A DNA stretch of 40,535 bases from a phage, in assembly GCA_032185465.1 (NCBI GenBank), contig GCA_032185465.1_4549.1; one strand, 5' to 3'. This document shows, in pieces, positions 26,245-36,084 of the stretch. How positions within the stretch are numbered: position 1 is the first letter of the stretch; the number at the start of each line of letters is the position of its first letter. The position numbers were made by a program, and so were the translations under genes. The notes beneath the pieces were generated by a model. That model searched no databases. It was given only the letters and a program-made list of their open reading frames with translations, and was not told the DNA's origin.

Positions 26245-26285
26245 CCATAAAGGCCACTACATATAGTAATGACCTTGAGTCTAAC
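26245..26285 (-). promoter_or_regulatory. conserved RNA hairpin, putative RNase III site (R18.5 position)
   Basis: Third copy of the aaaggccac...tgaccttgagtct motif, in the 100-bp gap between small terminase and Rz. Confidence 0.5.
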
Positions 26286-26287
26286 AC

Positions 26288-26551
26288 TTATTGAACACCA
26301 TACCCGGTGTCATTATCCTCAGTCGCTGAAAGCACCTTATCGTACTCTGCGTTCAGGGCCTCCATATCAGCCAGCGTCTTCTCGTCCACAGACACCTTGC
26401 TTAACACAAAGTTGTGACGAGCCAGTAGCTTCTCAATGGCGTTGTAAAGCTGAGGTGAACGCTTAGTGTCATCCCGCAGGTCTTGCAGCATGAGTCGAGC
26501 ACGTTCAGTATCTAGCATTAAGAGGAACTTCTCTAAGCCCATCTGCGTCAT
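26288..26551 (-). CDS. terminase small subunit, gp18-like
   Basis: 87 aa; FLLMLDTERARLMLQDL..RSPQLYNAIEKLLARH colinear with recalled T7 gp18. Confidence 0.9.
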   Translation of the reverse strand: MTQMGLEKFLLMLDTERARLMLQDLRDDTKRSPQLYNAIEKLLARHNFVLSKVSVDEKTLADMEALNAEYDKVLSATEDNDTGYGVQ

Positions 26552-26742
26552 GTTTTACCACCTCCTTTAATCGTTTTGTAGACTAGCACACCAATCTGGA
26601 CAACGGTGTACGCGATAGCTGCAACGTAGAACCATTCGTTTAGTGTAAGTCCGAAGAAGAACCGACTGGCACCATCAGCCGCAGCGGTCCCGACGATAGG
26701 AGAGGCTTTAAGGACCTCATTCTTGAAGTCTAACTCAATCAT
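26548..26742 (-). CDS. holin, gp17.5-like
   Basis: 64 aa; ASPIVGTAAADGASRFFFGLTLNEWFYVAAIAYTVVQIG nearly identical in pattern to T7 gp17.5. Confidence 0.9.
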   Translation of the reverse strand: MIELDFKNEVLKASPIVGTAAADGASRFFFGLTLNEWFYVAAIAYTVVQIGVLVYKTIKGGGKT

Positions 26743-26873
26743 AAAACCTCCAGTTTAAAGCGGGTCGTCCGTGACCCAAAGTTGTTACATACGTTGGTTA
26801 GCGTGTAGTTAGTCTCTACCCTCGTCAGTGTGTTCAACGATTTCATTGTGCGAAAATGCCGTACCAGTATTAC

Positions 26874-29405
26874 TCACTTAGACATAACAGCTAATGCTTC
26901 CTGCATACGCTTAATAGTACGCCGCATCAACGCAGCCTCTAATATCAGTACTTCCTCGTAACGAATACCGTAGCGGGAACCTGCTGGTGTAATCAGTTTA
27001 CGAGAGCCATCGGCATCTTCCTCGTATACATCATCCCAACTGTCGAAGCACAGGAAGCCATAGCGATGTGCATCTATACCGTGACGTTCGAAGGCCTCCT
27101 TAGCTCGCTGTGCGATGATGCCGAAGTGCCATCTAGCTGAGTCTGCACCCTTCTCCTCAATTCGGTCCAAGTACTGAAACTGCACAAAGTCAACTTCAGA
27201 CCAAGCATCCAGTAAAGCATCTGAGATATTAAGGGGCTCTGTTTTATCCCTAGCATCTGAGACAACAGTGAATGCTGCTTGAGTAAAACCGCCAGACCAT
27301 GTTCGACTTGCGGAACCTAATGCGTATGTATTAGTACTATCTGGGGTCATTGCATTAGAACCTAACTGCAAATAACCTGTGCTACTGGTAGGAAGACGCA
27401 CGTTACCGTTGGTGAGTGATACTGTCCGAGAAGTACCATCAGAAGTAAATAGGCGAACTTGAGAAGAAGTACCCCCGCCTACAGCTAATGACACAGCACC
27501 ATCCCCAAGCATTCTGTACTTATCAGCCGAGGTAAGAACGCCTGACGGAAGTGACATGGACTTAATCCACCATTCGAACCTACCGGACATACTGCCTATG
27601 TACTGTCCTAATGCAGGAGCGTGCACTACGTTGCTATTACTAGTGCCGTCAATAGTAGCTGCATCGGTAATAGTACTAGCAGAGCTGAGAAGGTCATTTC
27701 TACTACCAGGGTGCTTTACCTCTACGAAGTTACGGGTAGAGCCGGATTCGAAAGTAATAACACCTGTAGCACTGTAGCTAGGAAATACAGACGCATAGTT
27801 GTTATTAGCTGTACCTATAAAGCGCGCAATTGTAGCAGTCTGCCCTTGTCCTAAAGAGTTAGTACCATCACATCCTGACATAAGCACATTATTTATGACG
27901 TTATCAGACCCCTCTACGGTAACACCATGAGCCTGTCTAGCATCAGAAGTTGAGTAATCTACTAGCACGTCTGAGATTAAGTTCGTACTTCCTTTGCCTG
28001 CAACAACCGCTGCATACTTAGGGTTATTAGCCATCACACCCTTGATAAGGTTATTAGAAGGAGCTATTGGCCCTTCAGTGCCGTTGTAAGTTACATGCTG
28101 GCAATCTGCCCCTATAACATTACTTACTATGTTATAACTGGCTGTACCTTTCAGCTCTACGGCTCCGAAATTAGGGTAGTTCTTAGCAATGACGTTATCT
28201 ATGAGGGAGTTAACTGAGGAGTTAGCAAGTACGCATCCGGCTGCCTTATTAGTAGCATAGCCGGAGTAGCTACCTCGAATGCCTTTAATCATAAGCCCAT
28301 TAGGTTGCGCACCATTAGGGTATGCTATTAAACTGAAACCAGTACCTTTAACGTTTGAGAAGTTAACGTCACTTACAGTAACATCACTGCCACCAGCAAG
28401 AGATACCTGCTGTCCCTGAGTAGTATCAGTCGCCTTATTACTTTCTACCGTAATATTACTTAAGCGACCTGCACGTAGATTGTTAAATACTAAGTAGTTA
28501 CCTGTACTGGAACGGTGACTTAGAACGCCACTACCCCTACCGTCTAAGTTACAGTAATTACTATTAATACCAGAACTAGAGAATACACCGTCTGATGCTA
28601 CGACAGCTTTTTGAGAATTTAGTGAAGCAGCTATATTCTCCGTACTATCTGTTACACCATCCCCTTTAGCACCCCAGCCTCGAACATCACCCTCATCACG
28701 CCATCTTGCCATCTGCAATTCCGGGTAGAGTATTGCACCTTCCGGGTTTGAAATCTGACTTCTTAAAGCAGCATCACCAACACTAACCCACGCACCTAAT
28801 CCAATCCCACCGGAAGTTTCAGGAGTTGAACCAGCAGGAACGTTCTTTGGAAGCGTACCATCCCAGCGGTAATAATCACCATCCTCTTCCCATAGCAGGA
28901 CCTCGCTCCATGTTGTAACGTTGTAGCCTTTCTCGAAGGAGCGACGGGTAATATAGCCAATTAGACCAGCTTCCCTGATACTCTCAGCGATTCGGCGTGC
29001 TTCGTCCTCGCTATCCTTAGCGTTGCCAGCAGAGCTACCAGCAGCATCGGCATATTCCTTCGCTAAGTCAACCGTTTGGTCTCGACCTTCTTCTGCAATA
29101 TGGATAGCCTGAAGCTCTGAATTGGTCAGGTCACTAGCTGTCAACACTGAGCCATTCCTGAAGTCTACCACTAAGTCAGTTCCAGTCTGACGGTGAATAC
29201 GAACGATGTCGAAACCTGATTGGTCAACCAACATCTCAATCATCGTTGGGTTAAGGAATCGGTAATCTCGACCAACTTCCAGTACACGGTTCAGGGTAGG
29301 GTTAGAGCTATTCACCAGCGTAACAACAACAAACGTTCTGGCTAGGTAGTCGAACTCAATCCTGTACTGAGTGTTTCCTGAAGGGAATTGTGTAATCGTG
29401 GACAT
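26874..29405 (-). CDS. tailspike: T7 gp17-type N-terminal adaptor, central enzymatic (beta-helix-like) domain, C-terminal self-cleaving chaperone
   Basis: 843 aa; N-terminal 150 aa colinear with T7 gp17 (FDYLARTFVVVTL, VDFRNGSVLTASDL, AIHIAEEGRD). Central region is Gly/Ser/Asn/Thr-rich as in depolymerase beta-helices. C-terminus has the SDARDK auto-cleavage motif of the peptidase S74 chaperone. Confidence 0.93.
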   Translation of the reverse strand: MSTITQFPSGNTQYRIEFDYLARTFVVVTLVNSSNPTLNRVLEVGRDYRFLNPTMIEMLVDQSGFDIVRIHRQTGTDLVVDFRNGSVLTASDLTNSELQAIHIAEEGRDQTVDLAKEYADAAGSSAGNAKDSEDEARRIAESIREAGLIGYITRRSFEKGYNVTTWSEVLLWEEDGDYYRWDGTLPKNVPAGSTPETSGGIGLGAWVSVGDAALRSQISNPEGAILYPELQMARWRDEGDVRGWGAKGDGVTDSTENIAASLNSQKAVVASDGVFSSSGINSNYCNLDGRGSGVLSHRSSTGNYLVFNNLRAGRLSNITVESNKATDTTQGQQVSLAGGSDVTVSDVNFSNVKGTGFSLIAYPNGAQPNGLMIKGIRGSYSGYATNKAAGCVLANSSVNSLIDNVIAKNYPNFGAVELKGTASYNIVSNVIGADCQHVTYNGTEGPIAPSNNLIKGVMANNPKYAAVVAGKGSTNLISDVLVDYSTSDARQAHGVTVEGSDNVINNVLMSGCDGTNSLGQGQTATIARFIGTANNNYASVFPSYSATGVITFESGSTRNFVEVKHPGSRNDLLSSASTITDAATIDGTSNSNVVHAPALGQYIGSMSGRFEWWIKSMSLPSGVLTSADKYRMLGDGAVSLAVGGGTSSQVRLFTSDGTSRTVSLTNGNVRLPTSSTGYLQLGSNAMTPDSTNTYALGSASRTWSGGFTQAAFTVVSDARDKTEPLNISDALLDAWSEVDFVQFQYLDRIEEKGADSARWHFGIIAQRAKEAFERHGIDAHRYGFLCFDSWDDVYEEDADGSRKLITPAGSRYGIRYEEVLILEAALMRRTIKRMQEALAVMSK

Positions 29406-29451
29406 TATGCCTCCTTTGTTATTTAAACGGAGACCTATGGTAGCGCCTCCC

Positions 29452-29474
29452 GTTTCCTATAGTGATAGTTTAGT
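29452..29474 (-). promoter_or_regulatory. phage RNAP promoter (phi17-like): ACTAAACTATCACTATAGGAAAC
   Basis: Consensus match overlapping the gp16 stop, upstream of the tailspike gene. Confidence 0.8.
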
Positions 29475-32400
29475 CCTTGATGTGGATACCTTGCTCCTCA
29501 AACGTTCCCAGTAGCAACTTCTGAGTAATCGGGTCGTTCGGAACCAGTTCACGGAACGTATTATACATCCCGGTCATGTAGTCACGCTCGTTGACACGAG
29601 TATCAGCCTTGAGGTAGCCAGCCAAGTTGTATGCCGAAGCGCCAACGTTAGCAGCATAGCCGAAAGCCGGGACCTGCTCCAAGAAGTTACCAACGACATT
29701 CATCACAGGGTCACTTGTAGCCGCACCATATGAGATGGCACGTTCGGGTTTCTCTGTAGGTGAACGCGGGAGGATAGACGAACGGAGCATCTTAGTGTCC
29801 TCATACCCAGCGATGCCACCTAGAATGTTAGCTACCCCAAGTGGTCCACCCAGATGTGAACTACGGGACAGGGCCGCATAGCCAATCATCGTTGGGTCCA
29901 GAGCTTGCTTGAGATAATCTCGGTCTCGACCGTCCTGCATAGCGTAAGCCTTGACGTGCGCCTGAGCCATGTAGTAGATACCAGCCAGACCCATAGACAT
30001 CACAGTAGACAGTGCAGCGTCCATCGCTCGGTTGTTCTTCGTGGCGTTATAGAATGTTCGCATGGTTCGACCATTGATGGACTTGATGACGAAGTTCTTA
30101 AACTGAAGGACAGTCTTAGCGAGAGGACCATAAGCCTTGGCGTTCATGTTGGACAGCTTATGAGGACGGAGTAACGTTTCATCTGCGATGGTGTCACCCA
30201 TACGCCACAGGTCCATAGCCCTTGGGTCCTGACTGAACGCCTTCTTATCCTTGATGGTGTACTTCCCGTCTGGACCACGAGTCACTGACTCACGGATGAG
30301 GGACTTAATGCCCTTCCACTGCTCGTCAGAGATACCAGCGGTCTTAAGCCAGCGGTCATCGAACTTACGCTTACTACCAGTCAGGCTATGCTCCACGATG
30401 TCAGACAGGAAGCCTTGACGTCCAGCATCTAACAGGTAGTTGGTCGTACCGTTGAGGACTTTAGTGAACGGAGAGCGTACTGCAAGTTCGCCAGTGTAAT
30501 ACTTGGCAGTCCCCAGAGCTGTAGCTGTACCACGACCGAGGTCACTGTAAGATCGCAGACGGTCAATGACATCCTGTTTAGACGGACGGATTGAGTCATC
30601 AAGTTCCTTACCGAAGAGAACATTGTGAAGGTCCTTAATCTCTGAGGCTCCGACCTTCTTGTTACGGAAGGCTAGGTCACGGAACATCGGGACTCCATGA
30701 AGCATTGCACGAACGTTACCGCGAGCCAGCATACCACCAATCTCCGTTAAGTTCTGAACACCCATATAGGCATTCTTAGCGAAGAACGCTAGGTCTGTCA
30801 TTGTGCGCATCACGGCAGCGAAGGCTGCATCGTCAGCCCCATCACGTCGAGCACGACCAGTTAGAATCTTCAGGGTGTCACGCAAGGTAGATACTTCACC
30901 TTTCAACTTACCGTCATCCCCAGCCTTGTTCATCATGGTCTCAACCAAGTCCTTCATGTCCTTCGTGGTTTTGCCTGTACCAGCCATGATAGCAATATCG
31001 CCATTAACTCGACGGTTGTAGGCCGGGACAATCTTGTCCATGTCCCACTCACGAAGGTTGTTGACACTGAAGGTCTGACCGTTAGGTAGGACGATTGACA
31101 TATCGCTATCGAACAGGTTACGAGCCTCAAGGAAGCTGTTGTTCTCCAGACCAACCAGACCGTTGATGTTCTCTTCCATTACGGATGAACGTTCGAACTG
31201 CTCGGTGTGGGAGATGCCGTAAGCCTTATCGTTGGCGTACTTATCGACCGCAGCCGCAAGTCCTTCTGGAGTCAACGTAGGGTCAGACTCTAAGAGTGCC
31301 TCGTCCACGCGTTTCTTGACTTCAGGTCGAGACGCATAGCTAGTCAACCATGACTTCTTGATGGCCTCCTGCAACGCCTCTGGACTCCCAAGCTCCTTGG
31401 TGTACAGCTCCTTCATCTGTTTGCTATACACATGAGGGACGTATGTTCCCTTGAAGCGGCTACCCGGAAAGATAGACTGAGCGTCTGGACGACCAAACAT
31501 AGCTGGGTTCTCCATCATCTCACGCTTGGCGTCAAACTGGTTCTTCAGCAGGTCATAGACTTTAAGTTCTCCCGGAGTCAGTTCAGCCTTCAGGTTTCCG
31601 CTGCCATCTTCGATAGCCATAGACACGCGCTGGTAGATGTCCTGACGGAATGCTCCAGAGTCTCGCCAGAATGCTGTCTGTAAGTACGGGTCCTTGAGCG
31701 CCTCAGTAACCGCATCGTCGATGTCGTTGTAGAACCGATGGTCCACAGCACGAAGTCTCTCGAATACGTCTGACGCAGTGGTCCCGATTTTACCTGAGGC
31801 CCCAGACTGCATACCAGTCGGTGAACGTACTAAGTCAGCAGCTACTCCACGAATCTCAGGGTTCTCAGACCGAAGCAGCTTCAGGCCAATCTCGGTAAGT
31901 CCACCAAGGTTTACACCAGCAGCGGCACGTTCTGGCTCAATCACTTCGTCAAAGACTTGACGTGTCTTAGGGTTCAGAGGGTTCTCACCAATCAGGATTG
32001 AACCATCTTCAAGTCGTACACTACCCGGCTCATTCGGAACGTCAGCGAACTTAACGCCTTGATGACTAAAGGTCTGCTCACCTTCCTGAATAGGTAGACG
32101 AGACAGGTCCTGACCATCAACGTTACGAGCAGTCTCACGAGCTTCCAGACGTGTAGCTGGACCAGCAAACTCATTAGTGTTGCGGCCTAAGGCTCTGCCT
32201 AACCCATCAGCGATGGCAGTCATACCACCACCAAAGAGAGCACCACCAAGGATAGCTTCAGACACATGAGCATCACCACCCGCCACTGAGGTACGGGCCA
32301 TCTCTGATACACCAGCAAGTGCTCCAGATTGAGCAGCCACGGTGAACATCTTGTTGACCAGCTTCGCACCTTTGCCAACCTGTCCAGCGATAGGAACGTA

Positions 32401-33357
32401 GGTCAGCGGGTCTACACCAGCACCAATCACACCAGCTGCTAACTGAGCACCAGTCCCAGCCTTGGCCTTCTCTTGGTCCAACTTCTGGTTCTCAAGCGCT
32501 AAGTTAATAAGCTCGGTCAGGTTCTGAGGGGAGCCACCAGTAATGACACCGTAATACTGAGGAAGAACCCCAGCGTTACGAATCTGGTCCAGCTCCTCGC
32601 GAGTCCACTTATGGTTGTTCCAGCGGGTCGGGTTGAACACATCGCCAATGACATCAAGTGAGTCCTCGGTCTGACCAGCGCGGATAGCCACGCCGACCAT
32701 AGAGTTCTTCACTTCAGCTTCTGTAGCCGAGCCGAAACCGAACCACGTAGAGCGATCCTCTCGTTCCTGCATGGTCTCGCCAGTAGACTTATAGAACATC
32801 TCACCGAACGATTCGTTGGGAGCTTCAGGTGCTTGACCCTCAATGTTTAGACCAGCAGCGGTCGGAAGGTTCTCACCCAGAGCTACTTTAGGTTTAGCCT
32901 TGAGTCCTTCCGTGAGTGCGTCAAATACGTTAGCGCTTACTGGTGGAGTCTTTGGGCTGATACCGTTGAGTGCTCTTGCGACTCCCTGCTGATAGACTTC
33001 AGGATTGTACCGGGAGCCTGTCTCATGGAAGCTAATAGCTTGCGCCAGAGCAGACAGGGTGTCCGGGTTCGATAGGTCGAGACTTTGGGTAGCTGGAATA
33101 CCAGTTGCAGCCACCACTGAGTCGATATAAGCCTTAGTGTCGTTCTCGTTAGGAGGTGCCCATCGGTTGATAATCTTCTCGATGGAGTCATAGCCTTGGC
33201 GACCGTAGGACAGCAGGTTTTTACCTAAAGCTCGGACGCCAGACTCTGGACTATCGAAGATAACGAAATCGCCATCATCACCTATAGCACCTTCCCATTG
33301 GTCTTTGGACTTACGGATGTTCCCGGGGTTTGAGTTCCTTACTCCACGTGTCGCCAT
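29470..33357 (-). CDS. internal virion protein D, gp16-like (ejection protein)
   Basis: 1295 aa; long colinear blocks with recalled T7 gp16 (GGSPENL, RLEARETARN, VRSPTGMQSGASGK, RREMMENPA, GTYVPHVY, EARNLFDSD, VNGDIAIMG, KILTGRARR, AMDLWR, LRPHK). N-terminal about 140 aa does not show the T7 SLT catalytic motif. Confidence 0.95.
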   Translation of the reverse strand: MATRGVRNSNPGNIRKSKDQWEGAIGDDGDFVIFDSPESGVRALGKNLLSYGRQGYDSIEKIINRWAPPNENDTKAYIDSVVAATGIPATQSLDLSNPDTLSALAQAISFHETGSRYNPEVYQQGVARALNGISPKTPPVSANVFDALTEGLKAKPKVALGENLPTAAGLNIEGQAPEAPNESFGEMFYKSTGETMQEREDRSTWFGFGSATEAEVKNSMVGVAIRAGQTEDSLDVIGDVFNPTRWNNHKWTREELDQIRNAGVLPQYYGVITGGSPQNLTELINLALENQKLDQEKAKAGTGAQLAAGVIGAGVDPLTYVPIAGQVGKGAKLVNKMFTVAAQSGALAGVSEMARTSVAGGDAHVSEAILGGALFGGGMTAIADGLGRALGRNTNEFAGPATRLEARETARNVDGQDLSRLPIQEGEQTFSHQGVKFADVPNEPGSVRLEDGSILIGENPLNPKTRQVFDEVIEPERAAAGVNLGGLTEIGLKLLRSENPEIRGVAADLVRSPTGMQSGASGKIGTTASDVFERLRAVDHRFYNDIDDAVTEALKDPYLQTAFWRDSGAFRQDIYQRVSMAIEDGSGNLKAELTPGELKVYDLLKNQFDAKREMMENPAMFGRPDAQSIFPGSRFKGTYVPHVYSKQMKELYTKELGSPEALQEAIKKSWLTSYASRPEVKKRVDEALLESDPTLTPEGLAAAVDKYANDKAYGISHTEQFERSSVMEENINGLVGLENNSFLEARNLFDSDMSIVLPNGQTFSVNNLREWDMDKIVPAYNRRVNGDIAIMAGTGKTTKDMKDLVETMMNKAGDDGKLKGEVSTLRDTLKILTGRARRDGADDAAFAAVMRTMTDLAFFAKNAYMGVQNLTEIGGMLARGNVRAMLHGVPMFRDLAFRNKKVGASEIKDLHNVLFGKELDDSIRPSKQDVIDRLRSYSDLGRGTATALGTAKYYTGELAVRSPFTKVLNGTTNYLLDAGRQGFLSDIVEHSLTGSKRKFDDRWLKTAGISDEQWKGIKSLIRESVTRGPDGKYTIKDKKAFSQDPRAMDLWRMGDTIADETLLRPHKLSNMNAKAYGPLAKTVLQFKNFVIKSINGRTMRTFYNATKNNRAMDAALSTVMSMGLAGIYYMAQAHVKAYAMQDGRDRDYLKQALDPTMIGYAALSRSSHLGGPLGVANILGGIAGYEDTKMLRSSILPRSPTEKPERAISYGAATSDPVMNVVGNFLEQVPAFGYAANVGASAYNLAGYLKADTRVNERDYMTGMYNTFRELVPNDPITQKLLLGTFEEQGIHIKD

Positions 33358-33788
33358 GTCTTTCTCCTCAAGATATTTCTAATAGAAACCGTACTCACTC
33401 CATAGCGTTCAGCCAAGAGTGAAACCTTTAGGTCGCTGGACCTTATGTCTCTAACAATGTCTTCCGTTAGTTTAGACACTCCGATTGAGCATCCGGCAGC
33501 TTGCCGACCTCTGGACACCTTATCTTTAATGTTGTCAGCTTGTGTGCCGACTTCAAGATGCTCAGGGTTTACACATGACGGGTTGTCACACTTATGGCGA
33601 ACAACATATCCATCCGGTATTGGACCATGAGCTAGCTCGTAGGCCAGCCTATGCGCTCCGTGTTTAACTCTATTTATCATAATACGACCATATCCGTTCT
33701 TCTCAACACTTCCTATGAAGCGAATACAGCCAGAGTCTTCAGCTACTGACAGTTCTGCCAGTCTCTCACTGGCTGTCCCGTTCTTCAT
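33339..33788 (-). CDS. HNH homing endonuclease between gp15 and gp16
   Basis: 149 aa; HRLAYELAHGPIPDGYVVRHKCDNPSCVNPEHLEVGTQADN; ATG 2 nt after gp15 stop; 3' end overlaps gp16 start. Same family as the intron-encoded HNH. Confidence 0.85.
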   Translation of the reverse strand: MKNGTASERLAELSVAEDSGCIRFIGSVEKNGYGRIMINRVKHGAHRLAYELAHGPIPDGYVVRHKCDNPSCVNPEHLEVGTQADNIKDKVSRGRQAAGCSIGVSKLTEDIVRDIRSSDLKVSLLAERYGVSTVSIRNILRRKTWRHVE

Positions 33789-33790
33789 GT

Positions 33791-36073
33791 TTACTCCTTA
33801 CCTATTAGTGCATTTGCGATACCCTCCAGTGAGACGTCATTGTACATCCCACCGCGCTTCTCGATGTTGGCCTCTCGGTCAGCTCGACGTTTGTCACCAG
33901 CAGCTTTAGTCCCGACGATACGCGCTCGCTTGTTAGCGTCACGTTCTGCCTGAGCATATGCAGCATCTTGTGCCTTCTGCTGTTGTTCGCGGTATAGTTT
34001 ACCTACAAGTTCTTTATCGTATCGAATACGAATAGTCCCTGTAGCGTCTTGGAGGAAGATAGAGCCGTTCTGTTCAACAACGGACAACTGAGAGTTCACT
34101 ACCCAAGGGTTGGCCTTAATGAGCTGCTTACGAGCGGTGTCGATAATGTCTCGACCCACCTGCCACGACTCTGGGTTATCCCCGACCATAAGCTGGTGCT
34201 TGGACACCATGCCGATGGACTTACCGTCAGAACCTTCAGACTGGAACGTTACGGTGTTCTCATTCAGCCAGCGTTGAGTCTGCTGAGTTGCAGCGTCAGC
34301 GTTACCTGTACGATAGTACCATGAGTCCCAGACCTTACGAGCACTTGCGTCCAGAGACGTAGGAAGACGCGAAAGGTCCTTATTCCGAGAGTCATTCTTC
34401 AACTCCTGCCACGCCTTGTCTGACTCCATGCGCATCTCACGGCTTTGACTTGCAGCTTGCTTATCAGCTTCAATCATCGTCTGAGGGTCCAGACCCATCT
34501 TGTCCATCTGGTCGAACGTAGAGAACAACTGAGCTTGGTCAGGATACAGAGCAGAAAAACTTGAAGGGTCCTGAGTGTAGGCACGACGAAGAGATTCGAA
34601 GCGTTGCATCTTGTCTGGGTCGTACTGCCCACGGATGACCGCAGCTTGCCACTCACCAGCAGCGTCCTGAGTCAGCGTCTGGAAGGCATTACGGAACGGA
34701 CCGTTGTTAGTGTCAGCTCTTAATAATGCAACCTTCTGTGCGTCCTTAGCAGCCTCAGGGATGTCCATCTGGTCAATCTGCTGTAGCTTAGCAGACGCAT
34801 AGTTGTTCATGTCTGAACGCTTGAACTCTCCTGTGGCTTCAGAGACCGGAAGGTCCTCATAGTTGGTGGACACGTTGTCTCCAGCCAGACGTCGCTGATA
34901 CACTTGGTCAATGACCAGTTGCTTGTTCTGGGTCTGGATTAACTTCGTGTTCTCCTTCGCCTGTTCAGCAGACTTACGCTTTACCGCTTCCAGTAAGCTG
35001 GCTTCGGCATTAATAAGCATCTGACGCTGAGGTGTGAGTTCTTCACCCGGTTGAAGCAGGTTGTTCTGCTCCTTGAGTTTTTGAATCTGGGCCAGACCGA
35101 TGGTTGGGTCGTCCTGAAGAATCGCAGACTGAACGCCTAACGCTAAGTCTTCCTGATACTTAGCCACCAGCTTGTACTCAGTTCCTTGTGCCTCAACAAT
35201 AGCAGCGTTGAAGACATCAGGTCCTACAATCTCTTCGACTGTAGCATCCACGCCGTTAAGGGTGATTCGCTCGCCTCGTACTTGCTGTAGGAAGTTTGAG
35301 CCGCCTGACTTCTGGATTGCGTCACGTACCGTCTGGGTAATGACATCACGCGCCCGCTGGTCCGAGGGGATAGCAGCAGTAGTCAGTCCATCACGAAGGT
35401 AGGCCATGAATGTCTTGCCAGACTCAGGTGAACGCATCAGGTCGCCATCGTTCAGGAATGAGTTCATCTCAATACGGGTGTTCAACATTGCTGTCTCTTC
35501 AGACTGCTTGCTGAAATACTTATTGAAAGACCCATAGATAGCGATGTTGCGGTCTGTGATGTTATCGTTGAACCCACGCTGGAAGAACTCGTCTGTAGGG
35601 TTAATACCCGCCTCTTCAGCATAGGACTTAGCGGCGTCCTGAAGTCGCTGGTGGCGATACTCTTCCATGTCCTGACGTGTACGGAACTCACCGTTCTGAA
35701 TCTTAACGTTAATCTCGTCGTCTACAGCAAAGGCAGCATTACGACCAGTCTTGACTCGAAGTGCTTCCATAGCGTAAGGGTCATCCTGATACAGCAATGT
35801 GCCGTTCTGGATAGCCTCACGTCTTTGCTGAGGTGTCAGTTTACGGATAATCTCGTTAGACCGCTCGTCAGCTCTGGTCTTCTCCTCGTCCTTGAACTGC
35901 TTGTACAATCCAGTCCCAGACTCAACGAAGTTGGTTAACGCACGAGCCAGACCGGAGTCCCCAGTCGGAGCCTGAACGTTGGCTGCTTGATAGTTGACGG
36001 CGATAGTTTTACCCGGCGCTCTGCCGCGACCCATAGTCCGATTAGCCAGAGCTGATTCAATATTACTAGCCAT
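33791..36073 (-). CDS. internal virion protein C, gp15-like
   Basis: 760 aa; ADERSNEIIRKLTPQQRREAIQNGTLLYQDDPYAMEALRVKTGRNAA and following blocks colinear with T7 gp15. Confidence 0.95.
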   Translation of the reverse strand: MASNIESALANRTMGRGRAPGKTIAVNYQAANVQAPTGDSGLARALTNFVESGTGLYKQFKDEEKTRADERSNEIIRKLTPQQRREAIQNGTLLYQDDPYAMEALRVKTGRNAAFAVDDEINVKIQNGEFRTRQDMEEYRHQRLQDAAKSYAEEAGINPTDEFFQRGFNDNITDRNIAIYGSFNKYFSKQSEETAMLNTRIEMNSFLNDGDLMRSPESGKTFMAYLRDGLTTAAIPSDQRARDVITQTVRDAIQKSGGSNFLQQVRGERITLNGVDATVEEIVGPDVFNAAIVEAQGTEYKLVAKYQEDLALGVQSAILQDDPTIGLAQIQKLKEQNNLLQPGEELTPQRQMLINAEASLLEAVKRKSAEQAKENTKLIQTQNKQLVIDQVYQRRLAGDNVSTNYEDLPVSEATGEFKRSDMNNYASAKLQQIDQMDIPEAAKDAQKVALLRADTNNGPFRNAFQTLTQDAAGEWQAAVIRGQYDPDKMQRFESLRRAYTQDPSSFSALYPDQAQLFSTFDQMDKMGLDPQTMIEADKQAASQSREMRMESDKAWQELKNDSRNKDLSRLPTSLDASARKVWDSWYYRTGNADAATQQTQRWLNENTVTFQSEGSDGKSIGMVSKHQLMVGDNPESWQVGRDIIDTARKQLIKANPWVVNSQLSVVEQNGSIFLQDATGTIRIRYDKELVGKLYREQQQKAQDAAYAQAERDANKRARIVGTKAAGDKRRADREANIEKRGGMYNDVSLEGIANALIGKE

Positions 36074-36084
36074 TAGTCCTCCTC

